DNA of 57,883 nt, counting the filler, from Catajapyx aquilonaris (lineage: Eukaryota), in the NCBI GenBank assembly GCA_000934665.2. It is 2 parts of 2 records of this genome, joined end to end, with 100 filler letters (N's around TTAATTAATTAA, not from the genome) between each part and the next. Parts side by side here need not be neighbours in the genome. Positions count along the whole stretch, not along the records: positions 1 to 28,851 come from JYFJ02004862.1; 1 more part is not named here. One strand, written 5' to 3'. The position numbers were made by a program, and so were the translations under genes. Positions 1 to 12,360 of the stretch are shown here, piece after piece. The notes below the pieces were generated by a model, which saw nothing but the letters and a program-made list of their open reading frames with translations, was not told the DNA's origin and ran no database searches. How positions within the stretch are numbered: position 1 is the first letter of the stretch; every line of letters begins with the position of its first letter.

Positions 1-1
1 T

Positions 2-1504
2 CCGGCAGACGGGATCAGGTTCAAGCTGGCCACATCATATCAATCTCTCCCAAACACATCAGATGAATGCGAACTCCGGATGTCCACAATCTGCCTCTTC
101 TGTGACCATGGAAATCCTAAGCCAATGGAACTTGGGACATTCAACGGCGATAGGAACAAGGGACGAGACAGGAATCTTTACCCGGACACTTCTGCAAATC
201 TGAATGGCCACAAAACAAGAATGATATTCGCATACGACGTAGACATGGTTAAACTTCGCAGGAAAAAGAAAGAACTTGGTGAAATCAATCTGGGCGCTGT
301 AGAAAGAGCCATGTTGCTTGGAGAAGAGTTAACAAATGGCGACGCCACTATATACGGACTTCAGGTGGAGAGTTCAGACCTTGATTACCACCATCCAAAC
401 GGCACTTGGATTGGAGTAACTGGAGACATCCTAAGGGGAAAAGCTGACGGTTCGTACTTATCAATGATGACGGAAGTGACTGGGAGATATGTGGCCTTGG
501 GATATCCAAATATATATTTCCGATTTATGTTCATAACGCGACTTCCTGAGAGAATAATCAGATGGGAAGTGATATTCGAACCTTTGGAAGGAATGGTGTG
601 GATTTTTGTGTGCTTCACAGTTCTAGTCACCACATTTGCAATATTCTATATTTACAACAACAGGTGGGCTGTAGTTTCACGTAAGCCAGTGTCATTTATC
701 AAATCTCTTAATTTCTCAGTGCGTTTGTTGATTGGCCAAGCAATTGAACTCCCTCCATCAACACCATATTACTTTTTTTCCTCATTTTTCGCCATATTTT
801 GCATGGTTATGTGCACAGGATACTGCAGCAAATTAGTGTCCTTCCTGACCTATCCAGCTGAAGAATTTATACCAAAAACCTTCTCAGACCTTTTCCGATC
901 AGGTGACTGGAAATGGGGGTTGCCTCTAGAGGAATTTGTGCTCTTGAATTTGTTGGTGCCTCATTCAAGTGATCCGGCTGTGCACAAATTGAAGAAAGAA
1001 GCCCAGATGATGAGCGGAATTGTCGAATGCATAGAGAGCTCGCTTGCAGAGAAAAGAATGGTGTGTGTGGCAGTCGAGACTCGAATTGAACTAGAAGAAA
1101 AAAGATACGCCAATTCAGATGGAAGCAATGGATTCAGGACGTCTGATGGAGACACCATCATCACGGTGTATTCAGCTGCAATGATGAGTGCTGGAGCAAC
1201 ATACTTTATCAAGTGTGACAGGTTGGCAAATATAGTAGCTTATGAGTCACACATCATGCAGAAGTTAATATCAGATGAAGCGTACATGAAGTTCGTCACT
1301 CATGTGCTTCGTTACAGAAATGAACATGCTGGTGGCTTCCATGATGATGATGGAAAGAAGAGTGTGCTTACTGTCACCAAACTCTCAGCAATATTTTATT
1401 TGTGGCTAGTAGGTCTTGGTATATCAGTGCTAACCTTTCCATTAGAAATTGTGTACTACCAGAAAGTAACACAATACAAACCACGCTATAGATTTCTCAG
1501 GTAG
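2..1504 (+). CDS. Divergent ionotropic (chemosensory) receptor, IR/variant iGluR family; no introns in the window; 5' end lies outside the window
   Basis: The frame is open from base 2 (PADGIRFKLATSY...) to TAG at 1504. It has an S1-like motif (NGTWIGVTGDILRGKAD), pre-M1/M1 (IFEPLEGMVWIFV), an M3-like YCSKLVSFLTYP (cf. YTANLAAFLT) and a C-terminal TM (LTVTKLSAIFYLWLVGLGISVLTFPLEI). Confidence 0.85.
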   Translation, partial: PADGIRFKLATSYQSLPNTSDECELRMSTICLFCDHGNPKPMELGTFNGDRNKGRDRNLYPDTSANLNGHKTRMIFAYDVDMVKLRRKKKELGEINLGAVERAMLLGEELTNGDATIYGLQVESSDLDYHHPNGTWIGVTGDILRGKADGSYLSMMTEVTGRYVALGYPNIYFRFMFITRLPERIIRWEVIFEPLEGMVWIFVCFTVLVTTFAIFYIYNNRWAVVSRKPVSFIKSLNFSVRLLIGQAIELPPSTPYYFFSSFFAIFCMVMCTGYCSKLVSFLTYPAEEFIPKTFSDLFRSGDWKWGLPLEEFVLLNLLVPHSSDPAVHKLKKEAQMMSGIVECIESSLAEKRMVCVAVETRIELEEKRYANSDGSNGFRTSDGDTIITVYSAAMMSAGATYFIKCDRLANIVAYESHIMQKLISDEAYMKFVTHVLRYRNEHAGGFHDDDGKKSVLTVTKLSAIFYLWLVGLGISVLTFPLEIVYYQKVTQYKPRYRFLR

Positions 1505-2215
1505 TACACGTCAATGTACAGCATACATAATTCATAATTATTATAAGTCAAGACCGGATGTGCAGAATGACGTATCATTTAGACTGATTTTGAGGGTTTT
1601 GAGAGTATAAAATAAGCGCTGCGAAAGAGCTGATGACCTCAAACTGAGTTTAGAGGACGTTTCATATTTTTTAGAGCATCACTATTGCCTGGCTTAGCTT
1701 CTAATTCTCCGAATTGATTTTTTCGCCTTGGGCATTAGCTTCATGTGCGGGGGCGGTTTGTCATATCAGTCTATGAGGTATAAATTATTCCATATACTCA
1801 TATAGCCCGATATGGTATTAAAGCAATTGAGTCCAATCGAGAATACAGGATTGCCTGTTTACATTGTCGCATATACGTGCCTTATCTCCGCGACAATCGG
1901 CAGAGTAATTTGTGTACATACCACGCTAGACGCTTTGCTCAACATACACGTGCTATATACTGCTTTTAGGATAGTTTCGTGATTCCATCAATGTCACGTC
2001 GAAAGTATTTTTCTTTCACGGTGAGTTATGATTACATTTGCTTTCGCCCAAGTCACTACTTGGAAATCTTGGAAATAAATAGACTACACTGACTTACGTC
2101 ATGTGACACTAATTGAACGAAATAAGAAATGCGCTCAGTTCAAGCAACTGAGTTAGATCAGGAATGACGGCAGCATTTCAAAACACAAAAAAAGCATGCA
2201 TGACCGTACCATGTA

Positions 2216-2303
2216 CAGTACCTATCTCTCAAAGTTGGACACGCCTCTATGTTGGACATTTTTTGTGGAACCGTGAGTGTCCAACTTAGAGGGTTTTTTA
2301 CTG
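2216..2303. mobile_element. Tiny pogo/Tigger-like MITE
   Basis: TA-CAGTA...TACTG-TA ends with inverted ctc..aagttggacac / gtgtccaacttagag motifs. Confidence 0.5.
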
Positions 2304-4538
2304 TATATTGTACAGTATGTCACAATATATCATTAAATAAATAGGGCCCAAATAATTTGCTTTTCGGGCTGTATTGCTGGCGTGAAAATATGACAATTTC
2401 CAGTCTGACCAATGATTACTGCGGCTTCTGATTAAAACTGCTAATTAAAATTACAGAAATAATTACTGCCATGGACCAAACCTTTGAAACAGGCATCTTT
2501 CAGGTGCAAATTCTGTGGGTTGAGGCATACAGCAGGACACACACCAGATGACCAGAGCGATATAGGACAGCACTACAGATGACTCTAACTGTCCATTGTC
2601 CAGAGTTGGAAAAACCAACCCTCATAACTTCCTCCCCCACGCCTTCCCTACCTCCCCCCTTCTGACTCATTGTCTCCACTAAGTGCGGCAGACAGGAGGA
2701 GGTAATTGCAAGATGTGTATTTGGAGGTGACCTTGAGGAACTGACCCGGAATCAAAGGCAGTTTTCAAGAGGGGAAAAGGTGCCTGCTGAACGGAGCAGG
2801 AGTTATTGCTTTTCCGATTAATTTTAGGTCGGTCGTTGTCTCGTTGATTGAAACATGGCATTTGGGTCTTGAAATTACGAGGTGGTATATACAAGGAATA
2901 AGGTTTGATCCTCTCTAGTCTACTCAATGATGTTGAGGTCACTTCCGGTCACTTACTGATTCGGAGTCGGGTCTGTTCCTCTGTCGATGAGAGGCCAGTG
3001 TGCTGGAGAAGACGAAGCTTATTTTGATTGCTGTGAGAGAGTGGGGCCGGAACTGAATGACTACTACGACCGTACAATAATTCAATGAGGGAGTCAATTG
3101 GCCCGTTTGTTGCAGCTTCACGCAGCATGAGCAATTTGACTAGCTCATGAGGCATACTCTGACTGCATTTTAGGGGGGGTTTCCTGCTCTCTTATATCCC
3201 TCAAAATGATAAGAGTTTATAAGAATGCAGTGTACATGCTATCTAAGCATCCCGCCGAACAAGAGAGGCTGATTGGCAGCCCTCGACACTCAGGATAAAG
3301 CATCCCTCGCAGGCCCACTCAATTGGCACCATTAGACAGGCAATGCAGGTTTTTAAAATTATTATTTTCAACTTATCATTCTTAAAGGTGATTTCAAAAA
3401 GGTACGTAATGTGCAATGCTGTAAAGTGGAGAGTTGTAATGCGGAGCCTCCCTTAGATGTATCTTACAGTGATTGGTGTTTCTTCACTGAAGATCACAAG
3501 TCCATCCTGTCAAGCCCTGCTGCATCAAAGGCCACTTTATGTATGGAAAGAGTTTGGAAAGGTTGTCTATTCAAAGTGATATTATGGAGCTATAGAGACA
3601 GTATTATGTGCACAATAAAGCCTCTTTCCGTACATAAATATGGGGCTGTGAGTCAATGTGGAGTAAAAAGAAAGAAAGAAAAAGGAAATACGAAATCAAA
3701 CACTGCATTTTAATGTAACATTGTAAAAAAATGACAGTAACAGAATAGTACCCTTGCTGTTAACAAAAGGCACATTTGATTTAAAAATCTTACAATACCA
3801 ACACATCAGGCAAGTATTTTTGTCCATGCCCCTCATTCTGTACAATTATCTAAGCTGTTAGAAAATTATGACACAGACAATCAATCAATGCATTCAGTAG
3901 ATCAGCACCGATAGCATTGTACTTAAATCCTGAGTAGCAAAAGTGGGGTACTTTAAAATCCGACGAAAATACAGGCATTGTCAATAAATCTATTAACTTC
4001 GTGTGAAACAGATAAAATTAAAAGTCGCACATAATATTTCAATCCTTCACAATAACTACTAAATAGCAGCACACAAGTAAATCTCTCACACAATTTTACT
4101 TGAGCCCATGGTACGGATGATCGAAATAGAGTGCAGTCACAATCAGAACAAGGATGTATTGTCAATAGCAGTAAATAACAAGTGATAAAATTTTGCAGCC
4201 AAGGTGTGCCAATTGGGCTAGATGAAGCCACATTCCTTCCAAATGTATTAGTTTCATGGGTACCCATGTTCCATAACCAAGATTGTAATTACGCACCTAT
4301 TTCTTCATTGTGACTGTACTCAATACACTCAGGACAGATGCATATGACCAATAAATATCATCACAAAAAAATCCACAAACATCAGTGTGAATTTAAAACA
4401 CCCTTTCAGTCTTTTCAGGCTAGGAATTATTACCACATTCAAACAGGTTCACATTAATTGGCATAGCACCAGTCCTAAATGTGACAATCACATTACAAAA
4501 GACCATTTCAACTTCATTCCTTTGGATTTAAACCTTAC

Positions 4539-4666
4539 AGGCTAGTTTACCGTTGAAGGTAGATGAGTTACCAAGGGAGAAATACTTGTTCTGATTTACT
4601 GTTGCCAACTACGAATACTGTCGAAGCAACCCTGAGTAACTCATCTACCTTCAGCGGAACAGCCGG
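4539..4666. mobile_element. Short hairpin MITE; also present in the duplicate at ~19220-19353
   Basis: Inverted arms ccgttgaaggtagatgagttac / gtaactcatctaccttcagcgg. Its presence in both copies means it predates the duplication. Confidence 0.55.
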
Positions 4667-5131
4667 ACCCAAGTCATATTAACCTAACAGAATGACCAGC
4701 ATCGAATGACAAGTTCAAGCAACAGCAGACCATGCAAGTGACTCAAGTTTGTGATGCTTGGAATAGATCATCATGAGGGGTCCTCATGCTTACTTTTCAG
4801 CCTTAATCATAGTTTTCCTTAAAAGCAAGATGCAACCAACATCTGTCACAGATCTGACAAAAAAAACCAGGAATTCACATGACGTACACAAGATGTTATC
4901 AAATGTGTGCCATAATACTTTCGTGGTTCAATGTGAGATACCATGCGCCACAGAATTACACTTCTCGCCCGTATTCAAGGCACAGCTTAGCACCTCGTGC
5001 AGGTACAAATGTAAGATACATAACTGACACCCAGTTATTTACACCTATTGTGATTGGTCAGTTATCAGACAGTTCATGATTCTTGCCACAATTACCTTTG
5101 CTCCCATGCAGCATTAGTTTGGCCGGACATC

Positions 5132-7547
5132 TTAGGCAGACTCCTTGATAAAAGCCATTTCCAGGCCTTCCTTTGGAGTTAGACGCTTCTCCTGGAAAAA
5201 TAAAATAAAATATTACATTTGTGTAGATTACTTCTCTGATGACTTATCTGAAAGTCGCTATATTAAAAGCACTTTCTTATACAGTGTATGCAATGTTAAT
5301 TCCTACACAACAAACATTCAAAAAATATCAGAATGCTAACTTCCAATATATTATGAAGAGAATCCCCATTGCACTGTTAAAACTCAACACCTCAAAAATT
5401 TAGTTTATGGGCCGTTCCAGGTCACTTTGTAACAAGATTAGACCATGGGACATTCGATATCATTCAAAGTTGTCAAAGTGGGAGAGGCAGAATATTTACG
5501 ACAGAATTATCATCAACTAAGGGTCATCAAATGTTTGTGTTGTCAGTACTTTATCATGGATTTATCCAAGATTTATAAAGATAATAAGAACTTACTGGAT
5601 CCACAGTCAGGCAGCTGTAGAAGAACCTTTTAAAGTCCTGATCTTGGTCACCTGATGGACTCCATGGCCCACGGAGGAGGACATGGCTACGAGCAGCATA
5701 ATCGTCACGATGCATCTAGAAATGACAAAGAAAATAATTAAGGCAACAAAGTCATGGGACTATGAATGGTGTTCACCAATATCTAACTAAAAATCACACC
5801 TAATTTCTGGTGTTGCAATATTCTTCCCTGACTAATATGCTTATGCTTAACTGTACAGAAAATTAACATGTGCCAAGACAGTATGAAGTCATTTCTCATT
5901 GCAAAATGAAAAATAATCCAACATTTATGGTATTCAAATGCATTAATCTGATGAACAAATGATGATAAAATACTCGATAAAATGGTCACAAACATAATTT
6001 CAGGTCATTAGAAAATACTGCCGGTATATGCTCAAACTGATGATATTTTGAAAATTAGGATAATTTCAGAATATTGGTATGGTGAGTAAATAAACGAGAG
6101 CAACATGCCAACAAAATATTCAATGAATGTCACCTGGACCTTGGCATGTCCTGAATGACAACAACAAGTCTTTGCCATAATGACCTCAGCATGCACTACT
6201 TTGAATGACTAAAATTTTTCAGGACAACTTACTTTCAGCTGGAACTCTCCGTTGGTCTCCGTGTAGTACATTCCGGTGTGCTTGCCTGCCGTAAGGATCT
6301 TGTTGGGTAGGTCCCCATCACGAAAGAAGGTCCAAAGATGAAGCTTGAGGAGTGGGGGGCATTGTGCAAAGAGTCTGCACTTGTTTCCATAAAACATCAT
6401 CCCACACATAATGCCAAGGGACCACATGTCAACAGATTCGTCAAATGGTGCACCTGCGAAATAATACATTTCTTTAGAATCGGCATGGTTTATGCAAAGA
6501 AACCGGGGACAATAAAGACCATCAAATCTCTCTCTTACCAACATAAATCTCAGGAGCTCTGAAGGTGCGGGTTGAAACCTCTTGACCCACAAAGTTCTTC
6601 GCTTCACTGCGGTGCATGCACCATCCAAAATCTGCCAGCTTGACCCTCCAACTCTTATGACTGGTATCAACCAGGATGTTAGGTGGCTTGATGTCACAAT
6701 GAATCATCTCCTTTTCCTGAAAATGACAATCAATAATTAGAATGTATGCATAAAATGAGATAAAACTTCAATCAAGGGCTGTGCTCCAATGACAGAAGTT
6801 CCACACTTTCAAAATTGCACAGCTCCATGCAGTCGATCAGTACTCAGGTTAGCAAAGCATGGGAAATACACACATTTAAGTTAATTAACCTATATCTGGA
6901 TAGTTCTGGGCCCAATTGCCAGTGTTTCACAATGAGCAGACTCAATTTCTTTTGTTCACACCGACAGGACTAAAAGCTACATCTGAATTGTGTGCATATT
7001 TCTGAATATGACCCTCGGTTGTGGCTGATTACATTTAGCAATAATTCTAGTATTTTTAAAACTGTTATCAGTGTACTCGGCTTACCTTGAGCCAATCAAG
7101 TGCCACTAGGAGCTGCCTTGCCACGTTCGAAACCTGTGGGGATGTCAACTTGGGTTGCTGTTTGAGAACCATCCCCAAGTCTGCCGGCATCGACTCCAGT
7201 AGCATGCAGTAGAGTTCCCCATGTATGAAATAATCCAGGAACTTGACAATGTTGCGCTTCTCTTCCTCCCCTTCATTGGTTGCCCCAATTAGCTGGCCTG
7301 GTCTTGATTGGGTGTTAAGGGGCCGTCTCACATACTCCATTATGGCTACCTCCTTGATGCATGCCACCTTGTCCCTCTGTGCCTTGACCACTGCCACCTT
7401 GTGAGGTACGTCCAGTTGGTCTGCATCAGGACACTCACAGCGAAACACCTCCCCAAATGCGCCTGCTCCAAGGCATGTCACCAAGGTGTACTTGACTCCA
7501 CTGTTAGTTTGGATGACCTGTCCAGGGGCCAATCCACTCTTGAAGGC
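5132..7547 (-). CDS. Divergent HIPK/DYRK-like CMGC protein kinase, paralogue A (5 coding exons found; start codon or first exon uncertain)
   Basis: Exons 7547-7086, 6716-6539, 6453-6233, 5715-5596 and 5191-5132, all GT-AG and in frame. Motifs: LGAGAFGEV, VAVVK, HCDIKPPN, DFG, FRAPEIYVGAPFDESVDMWSLG, FYSCLTVDPEKRLTPKEGL; stop TAA. Confidence 0.85.
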
Positions 7548-10500
7548 CTGCAACATATTAATAAAGACAGATTTTAGCTTTTAAATATCAAACAGAAACT
7601 GGTTCACACCAACTCTTAAACTGACTTATTATTTCTCCTAATGTATTGGAAAACGAGTACTCCACTACCATTCTGGTTAATAAAAAATGAGGATGATGAA
7701 ATTTACATAACCAATACTACATTGATAAAAATGTTACTGAAAATGCTCAACTGGCCGCCAACAATCCACTACCTTTCTTTTACTTTTGAGCCAGACATCA
7801 TGCTCTTCCTAAACATTCCCCCTTTCCCTGGATGACGCGTTTTTGTACAGTATGACTCCCAAAAATACCCCTAGGGCCCACGCCTGCTACCCCCTCCCAG
7901 GTGCACTTTCATCATTCTGATAACGCCAATTCTTTGACTTATAAGCGGTTACATTTCCCAATACCATAAAATCCATTACCAATAAGTTACTCCATCAGCT
8001 CACTATTCAGAATTTGGCTTATGGTTGGCAAAATAATTACAAGCTTACATCCTGTAGTGAAGCCATTCCATGCACCGGTTTCAAAATCAGTCCGCAAATT
8101 ATAATTTCGAATTGAATTTCAACAGCATAACAATTTCGTCTACATCACCACTGCCAGGAAATATTTTTCGGCCAAAACTACAACAGCGGATTTTTCAACT
8201 TTTCTGCCGCTTTTTCCCCCCGCAAAATCTTCCCGCCCGTGGTGTAACCAGAGACTGAAAAGCGCGACCAACCTGTGCCTGCTGTGCCATGGTTCCGACG
8301 GACACTCAAAAGCGACGAGAAAATTCCGGACTGTCGCAATGTCGCACAAGAAGTCTCCGGATGATTGCTCGAAGAGAAGTCGAGAGTTCCCAAGCACTCG
8401 AACAGATCTCAGAAGAAACTCGCGAAAATCTTCACCTTTGACCGCAGAAGGAACAATAAAGCACGCCTTCACTCGACCTGAGCTCCCGGAGAAGTGGCCA
8501 GCGAATGAGCAGTGGTCAACTCCCTCGGACACACCCAGGTCAGGTCCTTCCCTGCCAATCGCAGGAGGGACCCAAAGGGTGGGCTCAAAGGGGGAGGTCA
8601 AGTGAAAGTACTGCTAATCCGAAACATTCCTATACAGTTACTGTACTTGAAGTCTCTTTAGAAAAAAAGGGGTTTTCCCAAGTTCCCCCAACCTTGGCCT
8701 TTTGCAACCAAAAGTACTTTTGTTGCTGGCCGATATAATGCAGTTTGATGTTTCATGAAACAATGCAAACATACCGAGAATAGTTTTAGGCTACATCCTA
8801 TAAAACGCAGGCGGCATAATGGCGACAATTTCTCACACTATATACGCATGTATTGCAGCAATATTGTTGAGAACCAGGCTATATACGTCATTGGAAATCT
8901 TGTTTAAATCTGTGCGGCATCATGTAAGATTACCAACCGTCACTTGAATGATCTATTTTTTATCGGAGAAGGAAGAAAAAAGTGTCACTTTCGTTCCGGG
9001 GAGCCTAAATAGTAGTGTTTTCTTTCCTTCGCCAAAATGAGGGATTATACCACCCATGACCACTTAACCAGTGGGCCCCCTGAGTTATCTACTTCTCGAC
9101 CCATCTCTTTCCAAATTCCTTCATAGCCTCCGGGCCACCCTTTGACCTCTCTAACCTCGGCTCGTTACAAAAACCGGAAAATGGCGACCCGTAAGACCTT
9201 TGAAATATTCGAACTTTGGTATTGAATAAGAGAGAAAATCATTCCGATTTTCGATTATCACTTACTGGAATTGCAAAAATAATTCTCCAGCGTAAAATTC
9301 ACTATAGGATAATTTTTATATCTTTTTTCATATTTGTAGAGTCAATGGCGATTATTCATTCAGCTAATCAGAGGTTTGGGGGCAAAGAGTGGGTGCTGGG
9401 GTCGAAGGGCGGGCATGGGATTAGTCAGAGCGTCCAAAATTACACTTTAAACCTAGTCCAACATTTTGAAGCCACCACCTTCTCGCTTGAAAATTTGAGT
9501 GACCACACTGAGCTTATTAGGAATTTTAATAAAAATGCATAAAAATGAGTATTCATGTTTCACCTTGTAGTAGCCATGTACTGTACAGGGCGATCGAAAA
9601 AGAATGAGCGGATTTTTAAACCCTATATACAACTTGAAAACTGACTGCTGCTTCCAGCAATATTTGAACTGGTTGCTGGAGTATATCACTATCCCCAGCA
9701 TGATCTGAAGAATTGTAGGCGTGCAATCTGTACATTACAGTTCCAATGACCACACAGCAGCTATGACGCTACACTGTACACTTGTCCCAAACCCAGAATA
9801 ATATGCTCACCCTGTAAATGTGCCCAATAGCATTTGAAAAAGAGGAAGAAGATAATAAATGTGCATAAATGCAGTGTTATGAATTTGCTAATGTAAAGAG
9901 AGGTGTCTTGGCCTTACAATGGCACTAAAATGGCACCTCATGTGCACATAATTGTCCAAGTAATTGCGTTGTAAATGCCTCACATTGCCGCAGACGTTCA
10001 TTATCATGGTACAATGTACTGTACATGAAAACCTCTTGAAAAGTACCCGACAGAACGTGCCGTTATTAGTGTCCCAAGAGTGCGAGTCAGGCCATGACAT
10101 TGCCAAGAATTTCCAATTGCCACAGGAACTATCACCAACATTATTTTTGCACTACGGGAAGGTAGGAACAGCGGTACTAAAAAGTCCTACTGGGTGTCCA
10201 GGGGCAAACATCCCCAAGATGACACAAGTTTGCACAGGTTCGTCTCAACAGATCTATTACCAACAAATAACACTATGCACAAAAAGTGACTCGTCATTTG
10301 CAAAGAATCAATTGCTAAACCTAGTCCAACATCTCGGAGTCACCAATTTGAAAACTGATAAGGGTGCAGTTTAGCACCACAAATATCTTGCAGGTTTCTA
10401 TATATTTTCTGAATCTACTCAATGAGCTGAGTCGAATGACACTATTCCTAGTGTGCGGAAATGCTTGGTTCAAGAGTAATCGAATTTTGAAATTCCATGT

Positions 10501-11419
10501 AATAACAATGAATAAATGAAAATAAACAAGTGTTCATTTGTTGAAACAGTTTACTCCCATTGTTGAGTGATGGCATCTGCAAGGTAATTTTACAAGTAAT
10601 TTGAGGGTTGTGTGTTCGCAGCATTACTGTCCGCCTTGTGGTGGCATGGATGTGGGTGTTGCATTATGTGGGTGTGGCATAGCCACAATAAAGTTCGTTG
10701 GCCTGCGGCGCCACAAAACGGACAGTAAATGTTGCGGATACAAAACTCACAATAAGCGCCTAGCTCCGCTGATGCTCCACATTAACTAAAATTATAACAC
10801 ACAGGTAACGTGCTGTGCCTGGCAGGGCCACAAGATGGACAGTACTGGTGCGGTCACTCCAACGCCTCACAGATAACACCAACACAATCAGCGTGGGGCA
10901 TGCCTTGCATAATAAAAAAAAGCTTAGGATGCATTTACGGCAACACTTGTTGGAGAGCAAGAGGCCTCGAGCATCAGTAGCCCAGCTGGAGACACCCTCC
11001 TTATTTCTAGTCTTATCAAACGGGATGAAAAATCGCAGATATTTTGTGTTTCTGTGCTTATTAACTGGTTTTGACCACCTCAAAACAACACTGACCACAA
11101 GAAATGTGAGTCCAACAAATGCTGGCAGAGAAACTTTTTTGCAGTATGAAAACAAGCTTGGGATATCACAGGAGCACTGGGAAAAAACTATGGATTCAGG
11201 GAAATCCAGGTAAAAGTGTGTTAGAAAGATGGCAAGCATCGGTCACAGCCAGAAGCAAGTTCTCGCATCTCACTCTTCTTTATTAATTTATTATCGACCC
11301 TTGCAAAAATGTTCCAAATTCATTCAAGAACGCCATATCGGGCAAGCTTGTGAACATACGCGTGCAACGATGCACAGCTAACTTCACACAGTCCAAATTG
11401 CTCAAACTTGCTAAAGTCT

Positions 11420-11970
11420 GTAAAACAAATGATAGATCTGACGTCACCATTTTGTTTACCGACTCCTAGTCATAGGAAATCTGCCAAATGGACCTCTGGA
11501 CCATTTGTTGGCACAAAAATAGAACAATGTTTACTCTTATTGTTGTAAGAGGACATCTCCATGGAAAGAGGGAAAAGTGGAAGGTTCCATCCAAAGAGTT
11601 CTGCTATATTATATATACACCTAGAGGAGGTACTCGGCCTGAAATGTGAGGCAGGCAACAATGCAGGCAACAATATAACCTCCAACAAGATGGCGGACGC
11701 CTGACATTATTGAACTAATTGTCGCCCAGTTGTCATTATTGGTTGTTGTCCCAGTTGCTGGACAACCGTTAGAACAACAATATGACCTCCAACAAGATGG
11801 CGGCTGCCTCAGCCTGTCTAATGGAAAAGGATAGGGAGTACCTCCTCTAGGTATTATATTATATAATAGCAGAACTCTTTGGTTCCATCCTGGGTGCGTT
11901 TGGCAGATTTCCGTTGATTAGAACTTGGCAAACAAAACTATGGTCCTTTCATTTTACAAACTTGACACCA
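11420..11970. mobile_element. Degenerate inverted-repeat element (MITE-like)
   Basis: Inverted arms ggaaatctgccaaa...aaagagttctgctat...acctagaggaggtactc / gagtacctcctctaggt...atagcagaactcttt...tttggcagatttcc. Internal direct repeat acctccaacaagatggcgg occurs twice. Confidence 0.55.
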
Positions 11971-12099
11971 CGTTAAAACAACTTGAACTACTATTATTAC
12001 TAGTAAACTACCGATAAACAGGGTAGCTGAAACATCCCTCATCTACGGGGAGGCTGTGATTTGCTTCGTAATGATGTCTTGTCTTTCCACAGGTGAACC

Positions 12100-12360
12100 A
12101 TGTTGGCCACTGATGAGCGTTTGGAACCCATTCTCATCTGTGGACGTGAAAGCTACACTCATAGGGACATCTTTGGAGAATTTAATCAAAGGCACCTGGA
12201 GAAAGGGCCTGTAATACAAAGCACCATGAGCAGATTCAAGACCACCGTGAGTGTAGCCTTTGCGTCCACAGAGGAGATTACACCAGTCACAGTTGTCTTC
12301 GAAAAAAACTTGGATCGACACACCCAATTTAATAGGAAGACATTTAGATGCATTTCTTAA
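12100..12360 (+). pseudogene. Decayed N-terminal fragment of a mariner-type transposase
   Basis: MLATDERLEPILICGRESYTHRDIFGEFNQRH...STMSRFKTTVSVA resembles the N-terminal HTH region (…F..TGSV) of DD34D/DD37D-type transposases. Confidence 0.5.

Larger units (their letters stand above)
2330..8840. repeat. Segmental duplication copy 1 (paralogue of ~17505-23660)
   Basis: Collinear matches throughout, e.g. ctggcgtgaaaata (~2377/~17547), cacaccagatgaccagagcga, the kinase exons, and aaacgcaggcggca.aatggcgacaat (~8803/~23618). Confidence 0.9.

Noticed and set aside
7548..7556. ATG at 7556 (and 22119) as the kinase start codon
   Set aside because: Not accepted as certain: it lies within a typical acceptor (tgttgcag), and paralogue B has an acceptor but no ATG at the equivalent position, implying an unidentified upstream exon.
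9200..10500. Repeat fragments shared with ~24350-24430 and a mariner-like end at ~9585
   Set aside because: Degraded TE debris with no definable boundaries.
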